Under the pieces are notes generated by a model. The model made no database searches, was not told where the DNA came from, and saw only the letters and a list, made by a program, of their open reading frames with translations. From the NCBI GenBank assembly GCA_018822885.1, contig JAHJJA010000047.1:5384-69383 (forward strand): a stretch of DNA of 64,000 nt. The letters run 5' to 3'. The position numbers and the translations under genes are program-made. The DNA is from Candidatus Omnitrophota bacterium. Its GTDB lineage: Bacteria > Omnitrophota > Gorgyraeia > Gygaellales > Profunditerraquicolaceae. Of this stretch, positions 25,597 through 36,197 are shown in pieces; positions within the stretch are counted from its first letter, which is position 1; every line of letters begins with the position of its first letter.

Positions 25597-26850
25597 ATGA
25601 AAAAAAATATCGCGGTTATAATTTTAGCTGCTGGTAAGGGCACGAGGATGAAATCCGACTTGCCTAAAGTTCTTCATCCTGTTTGCGGCAGGCCTATGCT
25701 TGATTATGTGCTTGATCTGGTTAAAGAATTAAAAGTCAAAGAGACGGTTTTAGTGCTGGGGTACAAACACGAGCAGATCGCCAAACACATAGGGCCGGGC
25801 ATAAAGGTGGCAGTCCAGAATAAGCTTCTTGGGACAGCCGATGCCATAAAGGCAGGTCTGTCAAAGCTTAAAAGTTTTAAAGGCACAATACTTGTTCTTT
25901 ACGGGGATATTCCGCTGTTAAAGAAAGACACGGTCAAGAAATTACTTGATCATCAAACAAAGAATGAGATCGATGCGACTATCCTGACCGCGGAATTGGC
26001 CAAGCCCTCGGGTTACGGCAGGATACTTAGGGACAAATGCGCGGCGATACGCGGTATCATCGAAGAGAAGGATGCCGATGATGTGGATAAACAGATAAAG
26101 GAGATCAATACCGGCATCATCTGTTTTGATAAAACAAAGTTAGCCGGCTGTCTGAATTTAGTCAAGCCGAACAACCGCAAAAAAGAATTTTACCTCACCG
26201 ATATAATCGGGATATTCTATAAGAAAGGCTACGTGATAGAGAGCGAGAAGGCGGCGGATATCGATGAGGCCTTAGGTATCAACTCTAGGGTAGACCTTGC
26301 AAGGGCAAATGCGTTTATGCAGAAGAGGATCAATGAAAAATTCATGAATGACGGGGTGAGTATTGTCGATCCCAATTCGGCTATTATAAACTACGGGGTA
26401 AAAATCGGCCGGGAGACCACGATTTATCCCTTTACATTCATCGAAAAAAATGTTAATATTGGCAAGCGCTGCTCAGTCGGCCCTTTTGTACATCTTAGGG
26501 AGGGCACAGAGCTAAAAGACGAAGTTTTAATAGGTAATTTCCTCGAGATTACCCGTTCGAAGATCGGCAGCAAAACAATTGCCAAACATTTTTCATATAT
26601 CGGAGATTCCCGCGTGGGTAAGCTTGTCAACATCGGCGCAGGGACGGTGACCGCTAACTTTGACGGCCAAAACAAGAATGTCACTGTGATCAAAGACGGG
26701 GCATTTATCGGGTCTCACACTGTTTTAGTCGCTCCGGTAAAAATCGGCAAGCGCGCCGTGACAGGCGCTGGCTCGGTCGTGCTTAAAAACAGGGATGTTG
26801 CAGACGCAGAGGTAGTCTGCGGAGTGCCGGCAAGAAGCATAAAAAAATAA
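25597..26850 (+). CDS. glmU: Bifunctional GlmU
   Basis: LAAGKGTRMKS, LPKVLH, EINTG, C-terminal hexapeptide repeats, NIGAGTVTANFDG. Confidence 0.95.
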   Translation: MKKNIAVIILAAGKGTRMKSDLPKVLHPVCGRPMLDYVLDLVKELKVKETVLVLGYKHEQIAKHIGPGIKVAVQNKLLGTADAIKAGLSKLKSFKGTILVLYGDIPLLKKDTVKKLLDHQTKNEIDATILTAELAKPSGYGRILRDKCAAIRGIIEEKDADDVDKQIKEINTGIICFDKTKLAGCLNLVKPNNRKKEFYLTDIIGIFYKKGYVIESEKAADIDEALGINSRVDLARANAFMQKRINEKFMNDGVSIVDPNSAIINYGVKIGRETTIYPFTFIEKNVNIGKRCSVGPFVHLREGTELKDEVLIGNFLEITRSKIGSKTIAKHFSYIGDSRVGKLVNIGAGTVTANFDGQNKNVTVIKDGAFIGSHTVLVAPVKIGKRAVTGAGSVVLKNRDVADAEVVCGVPARSIKK

Positions 26851-26863
26851 GAGGGCTAAAATT

Positions 26864-27802
26864 ATGGATAAGTTAGCGATTTTCAGCGGAAACGCGCATC
26901 CGGAGTTGGCAAAAAACATAGGTAAATATTTAAGGGTCGGCCTGTCTTCTGCTTTAGTATCCAGATTTAGCGAAGGAGAGATCCGTGTTAAGATCGATGA
27001 TAACGTGCGCGGTAAAGACGTCTTTATAATACAACCTACTTGTCCTCCCACAAACGATAATCTGATGGAGCTTTTGATCATGATCGACGCTGTGCGCAGG
27101 TCTTCTGCCCAGCGTATCACAGCTGTCATCCCATATTTTGGCTATGCGCGCCAGGACAGGAAGGATCAGCCGCGCGTCCCCATCACTGCCAAATTAGTGG
27201 CCAACATCTTGACTACCGCCGGAGCCAGCAGGGTCCTGACCGTAGATCTGCATGCGGGACAGATTCAAGGGTTCTTTGATATTCCGCTCGATCATCTTTT
27301 TTCCGTAGGGGTCTTTTTTGATTATTTTCAGAAACTAAAACTAGAGGATGTGGTGGTGGTCTCCCCCGACGTGGGCGGGATCAAAATGGCGCGCGCCTAC
27401 GCCAAAAGAATGTCTGCGGGGCTGGCGATCATTGATAAGAGGCGGGAGTCTCCTGAAAAAACAGAAGTAATGCATATTTTAGGAAACGTTGAAGGCAAAA
27501 ACGCCATTATCGTGGATGATTTGATCGCCACCGGCAGCTCTCTATTTGAGGCCGTCGAGACTTTGAAGAAGGCAGGCTCAAAGAGGGTCTTTGCCGCGAT
27601 CGCACACGGGGTCTTATCTGGCCCTGCGATAGAGAGGCTTGAAGCGTGCAAGAGCCTTGAGAAGTTATTGATCACAGACAGCATCCCGCTTTCCGAGGAT
27701 AAAAAACATCCCCGGCTTGAAGTATTGACATTATCCAATCTTTTGGGAGAGGCGATAAAGAGGATCCACAACGAAGAATCGGTGAGTTCGTTATTCGATT
27801 AA
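26864..27802 (+). CDS. prs: Ribose-phosphate pyrophosphokinase
   Basis: PYFGYARQDRK, DLHAGQIQGFF, IVDDLIATG. Confidence 0.97.
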   Translation: MDKLAIFSGNAHPELAKNIGKYLRVGLSSALVSRFSEGEIRVKIDDNVRGKDVFIIQPTCPPTNDNLMELLIMIDAVRRSSAQRITAVIPYFGYARQDRKDQPRVPITAKLVANILTTAGASRVLTVDLHAGQIQGFFDIPLDHLFSVGVFFDYFQKLKLEDVVVVSPDVGGIKMARAYAKRMSAGLAIIDKRRESPEKTEVMHILGNVEGKNAIIVDDLIATGSSLFEAVETLKKAGSKRVFAAIAHGVLSGPAIERLEACKSLEKLLITDSIPLSEDKKHPRLEVLTLSNLLGEAIKRIHNEESVSSLFD

Positions 27803-27844
27803 AAATAAAAACAGCTAAGCACGATCGGCGAAGGAGCAATTAAA

Positions 27845-28537
27845 ATGGAAGAGATACTGTTAAACGCGGAGTTGAGGGAAGAATTAGGAAGAGGCAAGGT
27901 CAAAGACTTAAAAGATAAAGGGTTTATACCTGCGGTGATCTATTCCGAGGGTAAAAATGCCCAGGCCCTTAAAGTCTCTAAAGGCGAATTGATAAGGTTG
28001 ATCCATCATCATCGCATCGAAGGTGTGGTCATCTCCCTTAAAGTAAAAGAAGACGATAAGGAGAAGGCCAGAAGTTGTCTTATTAAAGAAATACAGTATG
28101 ATCCGGTGCACGATGATATCCTTCATGTTGATTTTAACGAGATCTCCCTGACTAAGGAGATCAAAGTCAATATCCCCATTGAGGCGGTCGGCGAACCTAT
28201 AGGCGTAAAGCAGGAAGGCGGGTCTCTTGAGCATATACTTTGGGAAGTCGAAGTCGAATGTTTGCCTACGAATATACCGAAAAACATACAAATTGATGTC
28301 AGTCAGCTGAAGATGGGCGAAGCTATTCATGTCAAGGATATCCCGTTTCCTGCCGGCGTAAAGGTATTAAATGATTTAGGAGCGATCATCTTACAGGTTG
28401 CCGCACCGATGAAAGAGGAGGTCCCTGTCGAGGCTGTTGAAGGTGAAGAGGCCAAGGAGCCGGAAGTAATCAAGGAAAAGAAAGAAGTCCCGGGTGAAGG
28501 CGAAGCCGAGCCAGAAGAAGGTAAAGAAAAGAAATAA
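27845..28537 (+). CDS. rplY: 50S ribosomal protein L25/Ctc
   Basis: IPAVIY, IKEIQYDPV, HVDF, acidic tail. Confidence 0.95.
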   Translation: MEEILLNAELREELGRGKVKDLKDKGFIPAVIYSEGKNAQALKVSKGELIRLIHHHRIEGVVISLKVKEDDKEKARSCLIKEIQYDPVHDDILHVDFNEISLTKEIKVNIPIEAVGEPIGVKQEGGSLEHILWEVEVECLPTNIPKNIQIDVSQLKMGEAIHVKDIPFPAGVKVLNDLGAIILQVAAPMKEEVPVEAVEGEEAKEPEVIKEKKEVPGEGEAEPEEGKEKK

Positions 28538-28546
28538 TCTTTCTAG

Positions 28547-29122
28547 ATGAAGCTCATTGTGGGTTTAGGGAATCCGGGAAGAGATTATGCCGAATCAAGG
28601 CATAACATCGGTTTCTCTGTTGCCAAGGCGCTGATCAAGGAGCGCGGGTTTGTTCTTAAAAAAGATAACGGCACGTTTTCTTTAAGTGCCAAAGGCAGGA
28701 TCTGCGGCCAGGTCGTGATAGTAGCGCTTCCGCTTACTTACATGAACCTGTCCGGAAACGCGGTAGCGGCCCTGGTCAGGAAGTATAAAATAGAGCCCGT
28801 AGACCTGCTTGTGATCATGGATGATCTGGATTTGGAGTTTGGCAGGATCAAGATAAGGCCAAGCGGTTCCTCCGGCGGGCATCGCGGAGCGGAGTCGATA
28901 ATCGAATCGCTGGGCATTCAGGAATTTGCTCGACTGCGAGTCGGGATCGGAAGGCCCCACCAAAAGGCAGATGCGGCGGAATTCGTGTTAAGCGAGTTCA
29001 CAAAAAAAGAAAAAGCGCTCTTCAAAGAAGAGATAGATACAGCAGTCGAGTGTTGCGAGTATTGGGCGGCAAAGGGTATTGTAGAGACTATGAACAAGTT
29101 TAATCGAAAGGACGAAAAATGA
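28547..29122 (+). CDS. pth: Peptidyl-tRNA hydrolase
   Basis: LIVGLGNPG, RHNIGF, YMNLSG, GGHRG, RLRVGIGRP. Confidence 0.96.
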   Translation: MKLIVGLGNPGRDYAESRHNIGFSVAKALIKERGFVLKKDNGTFSLSAKGRICGQVVIVALPLTYMNLSGNAVAALVRKYKIEPVDLLVIMDDLDLEFGRIKIRPSGSSGGHRGAESIIESLGIQEFARLRVGIGRPHQKADAAEFVLSEFTKKEKALFKEEIDTAVECCEYWAAKGIVETMNKFNRKDEK

Positions 29123-29406
29123 ACAAGTACGAAGCGATGTTTATTGTAAAGCCGGATCTGTCTGAGGAAGAAAGAAAAAATCTTTTTAACCAGATCGCGG
29201 AAGCAGTGACAAAGAACAACGGAGCTATCATAAACTCTTGCGTCTGGGCCGATAGGAGAAAGCTTTATTTCCCTATAAAGAAGCACCACGAAGGTATGTA
29301 TTACCTTTTGAATTTTAATCTCCCCCCTCTGGCGGTAAAGGAAATAAGGAATGTCTATAAACTTAATGAAAATATTTTACGCGTGTTGATTTCAAATCTG
29401 AAATAA
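29119..29406 (+). CDS. rpsF: 30S ribosomal protein S6
   Basis: MNKYEAMFIVKP, RKLYFPIKK, ENILR. Confidence 0.93.
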   Translation: MNKYEAMFIVKPDLSEEERKNLFNQIAEAVTKNNGAIINSCVWADRRKLYFPIKKHHEGMYYLLNFNLPPLAVKEIRNVYKLNENILRVLISNLK

Positions 29407-29415
29407 GGAGAGATC

Positions 29416-29856
29416 ATGGCAAGTTATAATAAAGTTTTGTTAATGGGCAACCTTACCAAGGACCCTGAATTGCGCTATACGCCCCAAGGCGCTGCGGTGG
29501 CGAATCTGCGCATGGCGGTCAACCGGAAGTACCGCAACAAAAATCAGGAATTGAAAGAAGAGGTCTGTTTTATCACTGCCGTAGTCTGGAACAAGCAGGC
29601 TGAGACCTGTAATCAATATCTACATAAAGGAAGCCCGGTCTTTGTCGAAGGAAGGCTGCAATCTCGTTCTTGGGAGGATAACGCCGGGCAGAAGAGAAGC
29701 GTAATAGAAGTAAGGGCAGAGCGTGTGCAGTTTTTAGGAAGCGGCAAGAGCACCGGAGCGGCCGCGGAAGCTACGGCGGAGGGATTACCTCCGGATGAGC
29801 ATACTACTGAAGCAGCATGGTTAGAAGAAAGCGAGGGGGACTCACATGAAGGTTAA
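29416..29856 (+). CDS. ssb: Single-stranded DNA-binding protein
   Basis: [28 protein letters not shown]. Confidence 0.95.
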   Translation: MASYNKVLLMGNLTKDPELRYTPQGAAVANLRMAVNRKYRNKNQELKEEVCFITAVVWNKQAETCNQYLHKGSPVFVEGRLQSRSWEDNAGQKRSVIEVRAERVQFLGSGKSTGAAAEATAEGLPPDEHTTEAAWLEESEGDSHEG

Positions 29857-30121
29857 GGTAAAGACTTTTGGAAGGTCTAAAACCAAAATAATGAAAAAGA
29901 AGCGTGATACTTTACTGATGAGAAAGAAATTCTGCCGTCTTTGCGTGGATAAATCCAAGACTGTGGATTACAAAGACGTAAAGAGGCTTGAATCATTTAT
30001 AAGGGAGGCCGGCAAAATAGTTACAAGCCGTGTAACCGGGACTTGCGCTAAACATCAGAGAGTAGTGGCTGAAGCGATAAAGAAAGCTAGATTTCTTTCG
30101 TTGATTCCTTATGCCCGCTAA
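29846..30121 (+). CDS. rpsR: 30S ribosomal protein S18 (zinc-binding type)
   Basis: [30 protein letters not shown]. Confidence 0.95.
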   Translation: MKVKVKTFGRSKTKIMKKKRDTLLMRKKFCRLCVDKSKTVDYKDVKRLESFIREAGKIVTSRVTGTCAKHQRVVAEAIKKARFLSLIPYAR

Positions 30122-30139
30122 AATAAGGGGGGTGTTGTT

Positions 30140-30583
30140 ATGGAAGTCATATTAAAGCAGGATGTGAAAAATATAGGTAAGGCAGGCAGCGTAGTCAAGG
30201 TAAAAGACGGATACGCGCGTAATTTCCTTGTACCTAACGGCCTTGCTGTGCTTTCAAGCTCCGGTAATCTTAAGAAGCTAGAGCAGGAGAAGCAAAAGAA
30301 AGCCGAGGTGCAGGAAAAGATCAAGGCAGAGGCAGAGGCCTTTAAAGAGAGATTAAGCGCGGTTTCTTTGACTATATCGGCTTTGTCTAAAGAAGAAGAT
30401 GAGTTATACGGCAGTATCGGACCGCATGATATTTCGGCGGCATTAAAGGATGAGGGGATAGAGCTGGATAAGGCTTTTATCTTGCTTGATGAGCCGATAA
30501 AAACCCTCGGTATTTATGAAGTCCCGATCAAGCTGCACCCGGAAGTCACTACAAAGATCAAGGTTTGGATAGTTAAAAAATAA
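30140..30583 (+). CDS. rplI: 50S ribosomal protein L9
   Basis: MEVIL, VKVKDGYARNFLVP, LYGSI. Confidence 0.96.
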   Translation: MEVILKQDVKNIGKAGSVVKVKDGYARNFLVPNGLAVLSSSGNLKKLEQEKQKKAEVQEKIKAEAEAFKERLSAVSLTISALSKEEDELYGSIGPHDISAALKDEGIELDKAFILLDEPIKTLGIYEVPIKLHPEVTTKIKVWIVKK

Positions 30584-31923
30584 TGGCTAACGCTTTAGCG
30601 ATAGAAAAGATCCCCCCGCAGAATCTTGAGGCGGAAATGGCTGTTTTAGGTTCTATGCTTTTGGATGAAGAGGCTATTTCTGTTGCCATCGAGAAGCTCG
30701 ATGAAGATTCATTTTATAAAGACTCCCACCGAAAGATCTTTCAGGCTGTATCCGGGCTTTTTGCCGCAAATAAGGCAGTCGACCTGATCACTCTTACCGA
30801 CGAGTTAAAGAGAAGTGAAATGCTGGGTAATATCGGAGGGGTCAGCTATCTTACGGCCCTGGTCAATTCTGTGCCTTCGGCTGCCAATATCAATCATTAT
30901 GTCTCGATAGTCAAAGAAAAATACATCCTAAGGACGCTAATCAACAGCGCCAGTAAAATAATCGCTCTTAGTTATGAAAGCGAAGGCAATGTCGATGAAG
31001 TCGTAGATAACGCTGAAAAATTCATCTTTGAAGTAAGCGACAGGAAGGCACACGGCGCTTCCTATATACATTTGAAGGAGATAGTAAAAAGCAGTATTGA
31101 GACTATCGATAAGCTGTATCAGAAGAAGGCGCATGTCACCGGCATACCTACCGGTTACATTGATTTTGATATCAAGACCGCGGGGTTGCAGCCGTCGGAT
31201 CTGATCATTATTGCGGGAAGGCCATCGATGGGGAAAAGTGCTTTTGCCTTAGGCATGGCGGAGTACGCCGGAGTCGTGGAGAAGATCCCGACCGCGCTTT
31301 TTAGCCTTGAGATGTCTAAAGAGCAGTTGGTGCAGAGGATGCTCTGTTCTCATGCTAAAGTCGATGCGCACAAGGTCAGGACCGGTTATCTTGCTACCTC
31401 TGACTGGCCGAAACTTACCGCTGCCGCGGGTAAACTTTCTGAGGCCCCGATCTTTATCGATGACACACCGGGCATTTCGGTAATGGAGCTTCGGGCAAAG
31501 GCGCGCAGGCTCAAGGCGCATCATGATATCAAACTGATAATCTTAGATTACCTTCAGTTGATGCGGGGGAACCTTGGTTCAGAAAGTCGTCAACAGGAGA
31601 TCTCAGAGATCTCGCGGTCTTTGAAGGCCCTGGCCCGTGAGCTAAGCGTTCCGGTGATAGGGATCAGCCAGTTGTCCCGCGCGGTTGAATCGCGTAATGA
31701 CCATCGCCCGCAGCTTTCTGATCTAAGAGAGTCCGGGGCGATCGAACAGGATGCCGATGTAGTGGTACTTATATTAAGGGAAGAGTATTATAACCGTACT
31801 TCCGATAACGAGGGTGTAGCGGAGATAATTATTGCTAAACAGCGTAATGGCCCGGTCGGCTCTTTAAATCTCGCCTTTATTAAAGAATATACGCGATTTG
31901 AAAATATTGCCAGAGTCGAATAA
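30583..31923 (+). CDS. dnaB: Replicative DNA helicase
   Basis: PPQNLEAE, GRPSMGKS, FSLEMS, DYLQL, SQLSR, DLRESGAIEQDAD. Confidence 0.97.
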   Translation: MANALAIEKIPPQNLEAEMAVLGSMLLDEEAISVAIEKLDEDSFYKDSHRKIFQAVSGLFAANKAVDLITLTDELKRSEMLGNIGGVSYLTALVNSVPSAANINHYVSIVKEKYILRTLINSASKIIALSYESEGNVDEVVDNAEKFIFEVSDRKAHGASYIHLKEIVKSSIETIDKLYQKKAHVTGIPTGYIDFDIKTAGLQPSDLIIIAGRPSMGKSAFALGMAEYAGVVEKIPTALFSLEMSKEQLVQRMLCSHAKVDAHKVRTGYLATSDWPKLTAAAGKLSEAPIFIDDTPGISVMELRAKARRLKAHHDIKLIILDYLQLMRGNLGSESRQQEISEISRSLKALARELSVPVIGISQLSRAVESRNDHRPQLSDLRESGAIEQDADVVVLILREEYYNRTSDNEGVAEIIIAKQRNGPVGSLNLAFIKEYTRFENIARVE

Positions 31924-31974
31924 AATTAATAAAATTTATTGATTTTTTAATTAACTCTTGTATAATAACTAAAA

Positions 31975-34530
31975 ATGCGCATAAAACTTTTTTTCACTAT
32001 AGCCGCTTTTCTTTTCTGTAGTTTTTTCGGGGCCTTGCTTGCCGAAGAAGCCCAAATAATTTCTAACACCACTCAATCTCAAGTAGAAGAGATTCCTGCA
32101 GCAGAGACAAAAGACTTTTCGCAAGAAACAGTTACGATAAGCGAAGAAGCCGCGCCCTTGGAATCGCCAGTATCTTCTGAGGAAACCACGACTTCTGAGG
32201 AGGTCTCGGTCCCTGATCAACCGATTAATAATACTGCAAACGATACTATTGAATCCAGCCAACTAAAGCTAGAAGAGACAGGATTAGGAGAGCTGGAGGC
32301 TGCCGAACCACCTCAAAAAATAATAAAGGCTATAGAAGTAAAAGGCAATAAAGCTATCAGCACTAATACTGTAGTCTCAAAATTGAAGACCCGCATTGGC
32401 AGTCCTTATCAGGAAACAGTGATCAGCGATGATCTGAAACGCCTTTATCTTTTAGGTTTCTTTAGCGATATAAAGATCGACTCCGAGGATTACAAAGACG
32501 GCGTCAAGGTGATAATAACTGTTATCGAAAGGCCCTTGATCGAGAAGATCGCATTTACCGGCACGATGCATCTGACAATGAAGGAAGAGAAAATCAAGGA
32601 GCAGTTAAAATCAAAGGAATCACAGTACCTTGATTACCCAAATCTGTCGGAAGATGTGCGCATAATCAATAAGATCTACGAAAAGATCGGTTACAACCAG
32701 GCAAAGATCGAATATAAGGTAAATATCAACAAAGATACAAATAAGGCTACGATAGAGTTTGTCATAGATGAAGGCAAAAAAGTCAAGATCAAAGAGGTGC
32801 TTTTTGAAGGCAACAAGGCTTTTTCAGGAAAGCGCATCATCAGATTAATGAAGACGCGCCCTGCCTGGTTGTTTAATGCCGGGCTTCTTAAAGAGGAAGT
32901 CTTAAAAGAGGACATGGAGCGTATAAAAGCGTTTTACCGCAAGAACGGCTACGCTGACGCCAAAGCGGATTATCAGGTATCGCCGTATCCCAAGAAAGCC
33001 TTTTTCTTGGTCGTCACCGTCAAGATCCAGGAGGGAAAGAAATTCTTAGTGGGTAACGTGACTATCCAAGGGAATAAAGATATCCCGGAAAAAGATATTC
33101 TAAACAAGATAACTGAATGCGTCCCGGGAAAAGTCTTTAGCCAGGATGCGTTAAAACAGGACATCTCAAGTATTCAGGGCCTTTATTTTGACCGTGGCTA
33201 TATCTCTTGTCAGGTCCAGGAAACGACCTCGGTAAATAACTCGACCGGCCGGGTAGACATTACTTACAGCATCGTTGAGAATGAAGTCGCTTATGTGAAT
33301 AAAATAAAGATGCGCGGCAATGTAAAGACCAAGGATGTGGTCATCCGCAGGGAAGTCAGGATCCATCCCGGAGATAGATTTGACGGAGACAAGCTTCGCC
33401 GCAGCAAAGAGCGTCTGCAGAATTTAGGGTTTTTTGATGAGGTAAGTTATGACACCGAAGACACGGATGTACCTAATAAAAAAGACCTGATTGTAGAAGT
33501 CAAGGAATCTAAGACAGGTGCGTTCAGTTTCGGCGGCGGCTACAGCACGGTCGATCAGTTTGTGGGTTTTGTAGAGGTAGAACAGAAGAATTTTGACTGG
33601 AGGAATTGGCCTTATTTTACCGGCGGCGGGCAGGATCTAAGGTTCAGGGGTTCATTTGGAACCGTGACTTCCGGTTTTGAAATGAGTTTTACAGAACCAT
33701 GGCTTTTTGATTATCCTATTTCTTTTGGCTTTGATGCCTATCAGCGCCAGCACCAGAGGGATAGCGATGTGGGTTATGGTTATGATGAAAAGATAAATGG
33801 CGGCGACCTGCGCCTGGGGAGAGAGCTTAATGAATACTTAAGAGGCGACCTGATGTATAGGTATGATAGTATCAAGATCTCTAATATTACTGATAACGCT
33901 ACTAATGATCTTCTCCAGGAAGCAGGGACAAACAATATCAGCAGTATTACCCCCAGCCTTACCTTTGACAGCCGCGATAACGTATTTGATACAAGAAAAG
34001 GAAATTACCTGACCACTTCTTATGAGTACGCGGGCGGGCCATTAGGAGGGGATAAGGATTACTGGAAATCTTTTAACCGGGTTTCTCATTATTTCCCCAT
34101 GCCCCGCGGCGCGGTCCTTGAGGCGAGGGTGAGAGTCGGGGTGGGGCAATCGAATATTCCTATTTACGAAAGGTTCTTCGCCGGAGGTGCCAGCACCATC
34201 AGAGGTTATAAAGAAAGGCGCATCGGCCCGATTGATCCGGTATCAAAGGATCCGCTCGGAGGAAATGCCCTGTTTATCGGCAATATGGAATACACATATC
34301 CTTTGTTTAGTTTTTTAAAAGTCGCAGGGTTCTACGATTCGGGTAACGTTTGGGACAAGCTCGGTAATTTCTTTGACGGAGGTTTCAAATCAGGTTTTGG
34401 CTTAGGCGTAAGGATCAAGACGCCTATCGGCCCGATTAGCCTTGATTATGGTATTCCTATGAGTAAGGCTCCGGGCGAAGAGAAGAAGACAGGCGGCAGG
34501 TTTCATTTCAGCGCAAGCCACGGTTTCTAA
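31975..34530 (+). CDS. bamA: Outer membrane protein assembly factor BamA
   Basis: POTRA domains, ERFFAGGASTIRGY, C-terminal beta-signal ending in F; acidic N-terminal extension. Confidence 0.94.
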   Translation: MRIKLFFTIAAFLFCSFFGALLAEEAQIISNTTQSQVEEIPAAETKDFSQETVTISEEAAPLESPVSSEETTTSEEVSVPDQPINNTANDTIESSQLKLEETGLGELEAAEPPQKIIKAIEVKGNKAISTNTVVSKLKTRIGSPYQETVISDDLKRLYLLGFFSDIKIDSEDYKDGVKVIITVIERPLIEKIAFTGTMHLTMKEEKIKEQLKSKESQYLDYPNLSEDVRIINKIYEKIGYNQAKIEYKVNINKDTNKATIEFVIDEGKKVKIKEVLFEGNKAFSGKRIIRLMKTRPAWLFNAGLLKEEVLKEDMERIKAFYRKNGYADAKADYQVSPYPKKAFFLVVTVKIQEGKKFLVGNVTIQGNKDIPEKDILNKITECVPGKVFSQDALKQDISSIQGLYFDRGYISCQVQETTSVNNSTGRVDITYSIVENEVAYVNKIKMRGNVKTKDVVIRREVRIHPGDRFDGDKLRRSKERLQNLGFFDEVSYDTEDTDVPNKKDLIVEVKESKTGAFSFGGGYSTVDQFVGFVEVEQKNFDWRNWPYFTGGGQDLRFRGSFGTVTSGFEMSFTEPWLFDYPISFGFDAYQRQHQRDSDVGYGYDEKINGGDLRLGRELNEYLRGDLMYRYDSIKISNITDNATNDLLQEAGTNNISSITPSLTFDSRDNVFDTRKGNYLTTSYEYAGGPLGGDKDYWKSFNRVSHYFPMPRGAVLEARVRVGVGQSNIPIYERFFAGGASTIRGYKERRIGPIDPVSKDPLGGNALFIGNMEYTYPLFSFLKVAGFYDSGNVWDKLGNFFDGGFKSGFGLGVRIKTPIGPISLDYGIPMSKAPGEEKKTGGRFHFSASHGF

Positions 34531-34534
34531 GTCT

Positions 34535-34587
34535 GCCCCCGCACTAATTGGAAAATCAATATTAGAGAAACCAATCGGAGCGGGGGT
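34535..34587. repeat. Palindromic element (CCCCGCAC family)
   Basis: GCCCCCGCACTAATTGG...CCAATCGGAGCGGGGGT imperfect stem. Confidence 0.6.
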
Positions 34588-34638
34588 TTAATTCAAATAT
34601 TAACATTATAAGCAAAAACGGACAAAACAGGAGGAGAA

Positions 34639-35145
34639 ATGAAAAGGGCAGCGATAGTCTTATTTGGAGTGATTTTTGGTCTGACCATTGCCGGCAGGTG
34701 CGCGTTTGCGGCGGATAAGCTCGCATACGTCGACCTAAGCCGTCTTTTTAGCGAATACGGCAAGACAAAGGATTATGACAAGACCTTAAGCGACAAAGAA
34801 GGCTCTTACGTCAGCGAAAGAGATAAGAAGATAAACGATATTAAGAGTTTCCAGGACAAGCTGAATATCATGTCCGATCAACAAAAGGAAACCAAGAAGA
34901 GCGAACTGGAAACAAAGATCAAGAGCCTGCAGAATTTCCAGAACCAGAAAGAAACTGATCTTCGTAAAGAGCAGGATGAGAAATTAAAAGAGATCATGAA
35001 AGATATCGAAGAGGCAGTCAAGAAATTTTCGGAAAAAGAAGGATACACCCTTGTTTTTAATGACAGGGTATTGATCTATCAGACTAAGAGTTACGACATT
35101 ACAGAGAAGGTCCTTGATATTCTTAATAAGGGCTACAAGAAGTAA
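34639..35145 (+). CDS. skp: Periplasmic chaperone Skp/OmpH
   Basis: Signal peptide, KLAYVD, coiled coil, DITEKVL; located after bamA. Confidence 0.88.
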   Translation: MKRAAIVLFGVIFGLTIAGRCAFAADKLAYVDLSRLFSEYGKTKDYDKTLSDKEGSYVSERDKKINDIKSFQDKLNIMSDQQKETKKSELETKIKSLQNFQNQKETDLRKEQDEKLKEIMKDIEEAVKKFSEKEGYTLVFNDRVLIYQTKSYDITEKVLDILNKGYKK

Positions 35146-35153
35146 AGCTTTTG

Positions 35154-36188
35154 ATGCAAAAGACCCTCAAAGAAATAGCTAAGCTTATAGGCGGTGAGGT
35201 TGTAGGAGAGGATAACGTTGTTATAACGGGGGTTTCCGGGATCAAGGAAGCCTCAAGCGGCGACATAACATTTTTAGCAAACCCAAAGTATTTTCCTCTT
35301 ATAGATAAGACCCGGGCAGCTGCGATCATAACTTCTAAGGACGTTACCGTTTCCTCTAAGCCTATCATCCGCACAGAAAATCCATCTTTAGCTTTTATCA
35401 AAGTGGTCGAGAGTTTTTCTGCTTACGAAGTAATCCATCCTAAGGGAATACACAAGACAGCAATAATAGGCAATAATGTTTCTTTGGGCAGTGCTGTTGC
35501 GCTCGGACCTTATGCGGTCATAGGGGACAATGCGTCTATAGGAGATAACTCTGTAATTTATTCCAATAGTTTTATCGGCCATGACACAAAAATCGGAAAG
35601 AATTGCCTGGTATATCCTAATGTCTCTGTCCGCGAGCGTATATTGATCGGAAACCGCGTCATTATACATAGCGGTGCGGTCATCGGCTCTGATGGTTTTG
35701 GCTACATAAATATAGAAGGAAAATACCACAAGATCCCTCAAATTGGGACGGTTGAAATAGGGGATGATGTGGAGATAGGCGCTAATACTTGTATTGACAG
35801 GGCGCGTTTTGACAAGACTATTATAGCAAAAGGCACAAAGATAGATAATCTGGTGCATTTGGCCCACAATGTCATCGTCGGAGAGAATACGATCATCGTC
35901 GCTCAAGCCGGGATTTCAGGAAGCACGGTCATCGGCAAGAATGTCACTATCGCAGGCCAGGCCGGGCTCGTAGGCCACATCACTATAGGCGATGGCGCAG
36001 TGCTTGCGGCGCAGGCAGGTATCACAAAGTCAGTCCCCGCGAATACGATTGTTTCGGGGTATCCGGCGCGCCAGCATGATAAGGCAAAGCAGGTAAATGC
36101 CTGCGTGCAGAACCTGCCGAAACTCTATGAAACCATAGATGGGCTAAAGAAAAAAATCGCTGAATTAGAGAATAAGTTAAAGGACTAA
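35154..36188 (+). CDS. lpxD: UDP-3-O-acylglucosamine N-acyltransferase
   Basis: GDITFLANPKY, IGSDGFGY, KIPQIG, KIDNLVHLAHN. Confidence 0.95.
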   Translation: MQKTLKEIAKLIGGEVVGEDNVVITGVSGIKEASSGDITFLANPKYFPLIDKTRAAAIITSKDVTVSSKPIIRTENPSLAFIKVVESFSAYEVIHPKGIHKTAIIGNNVSLGSAVALGPYAVIGDNASIGDNSVIYSNSFIGHDTKIGKNCLVYPNVSVRERILIGNRVIIHSGAVIGSDGFGYINIEGKYHKIPQIGTVEIGDDVEIGANTCIDRARFDKTIIAKGTKIDNLVHLAHNVIVGENTIIVAQAGISGSTVIGKNVTIAGQAGLVGHITIGDGAVLAAQAGITKSVPANTIVSGYPARQHDKAKQVNACVQNLPKLYETIDGLKKKIAELENKLKD

Positions 36189-36197
36189 GAGCCAAAA

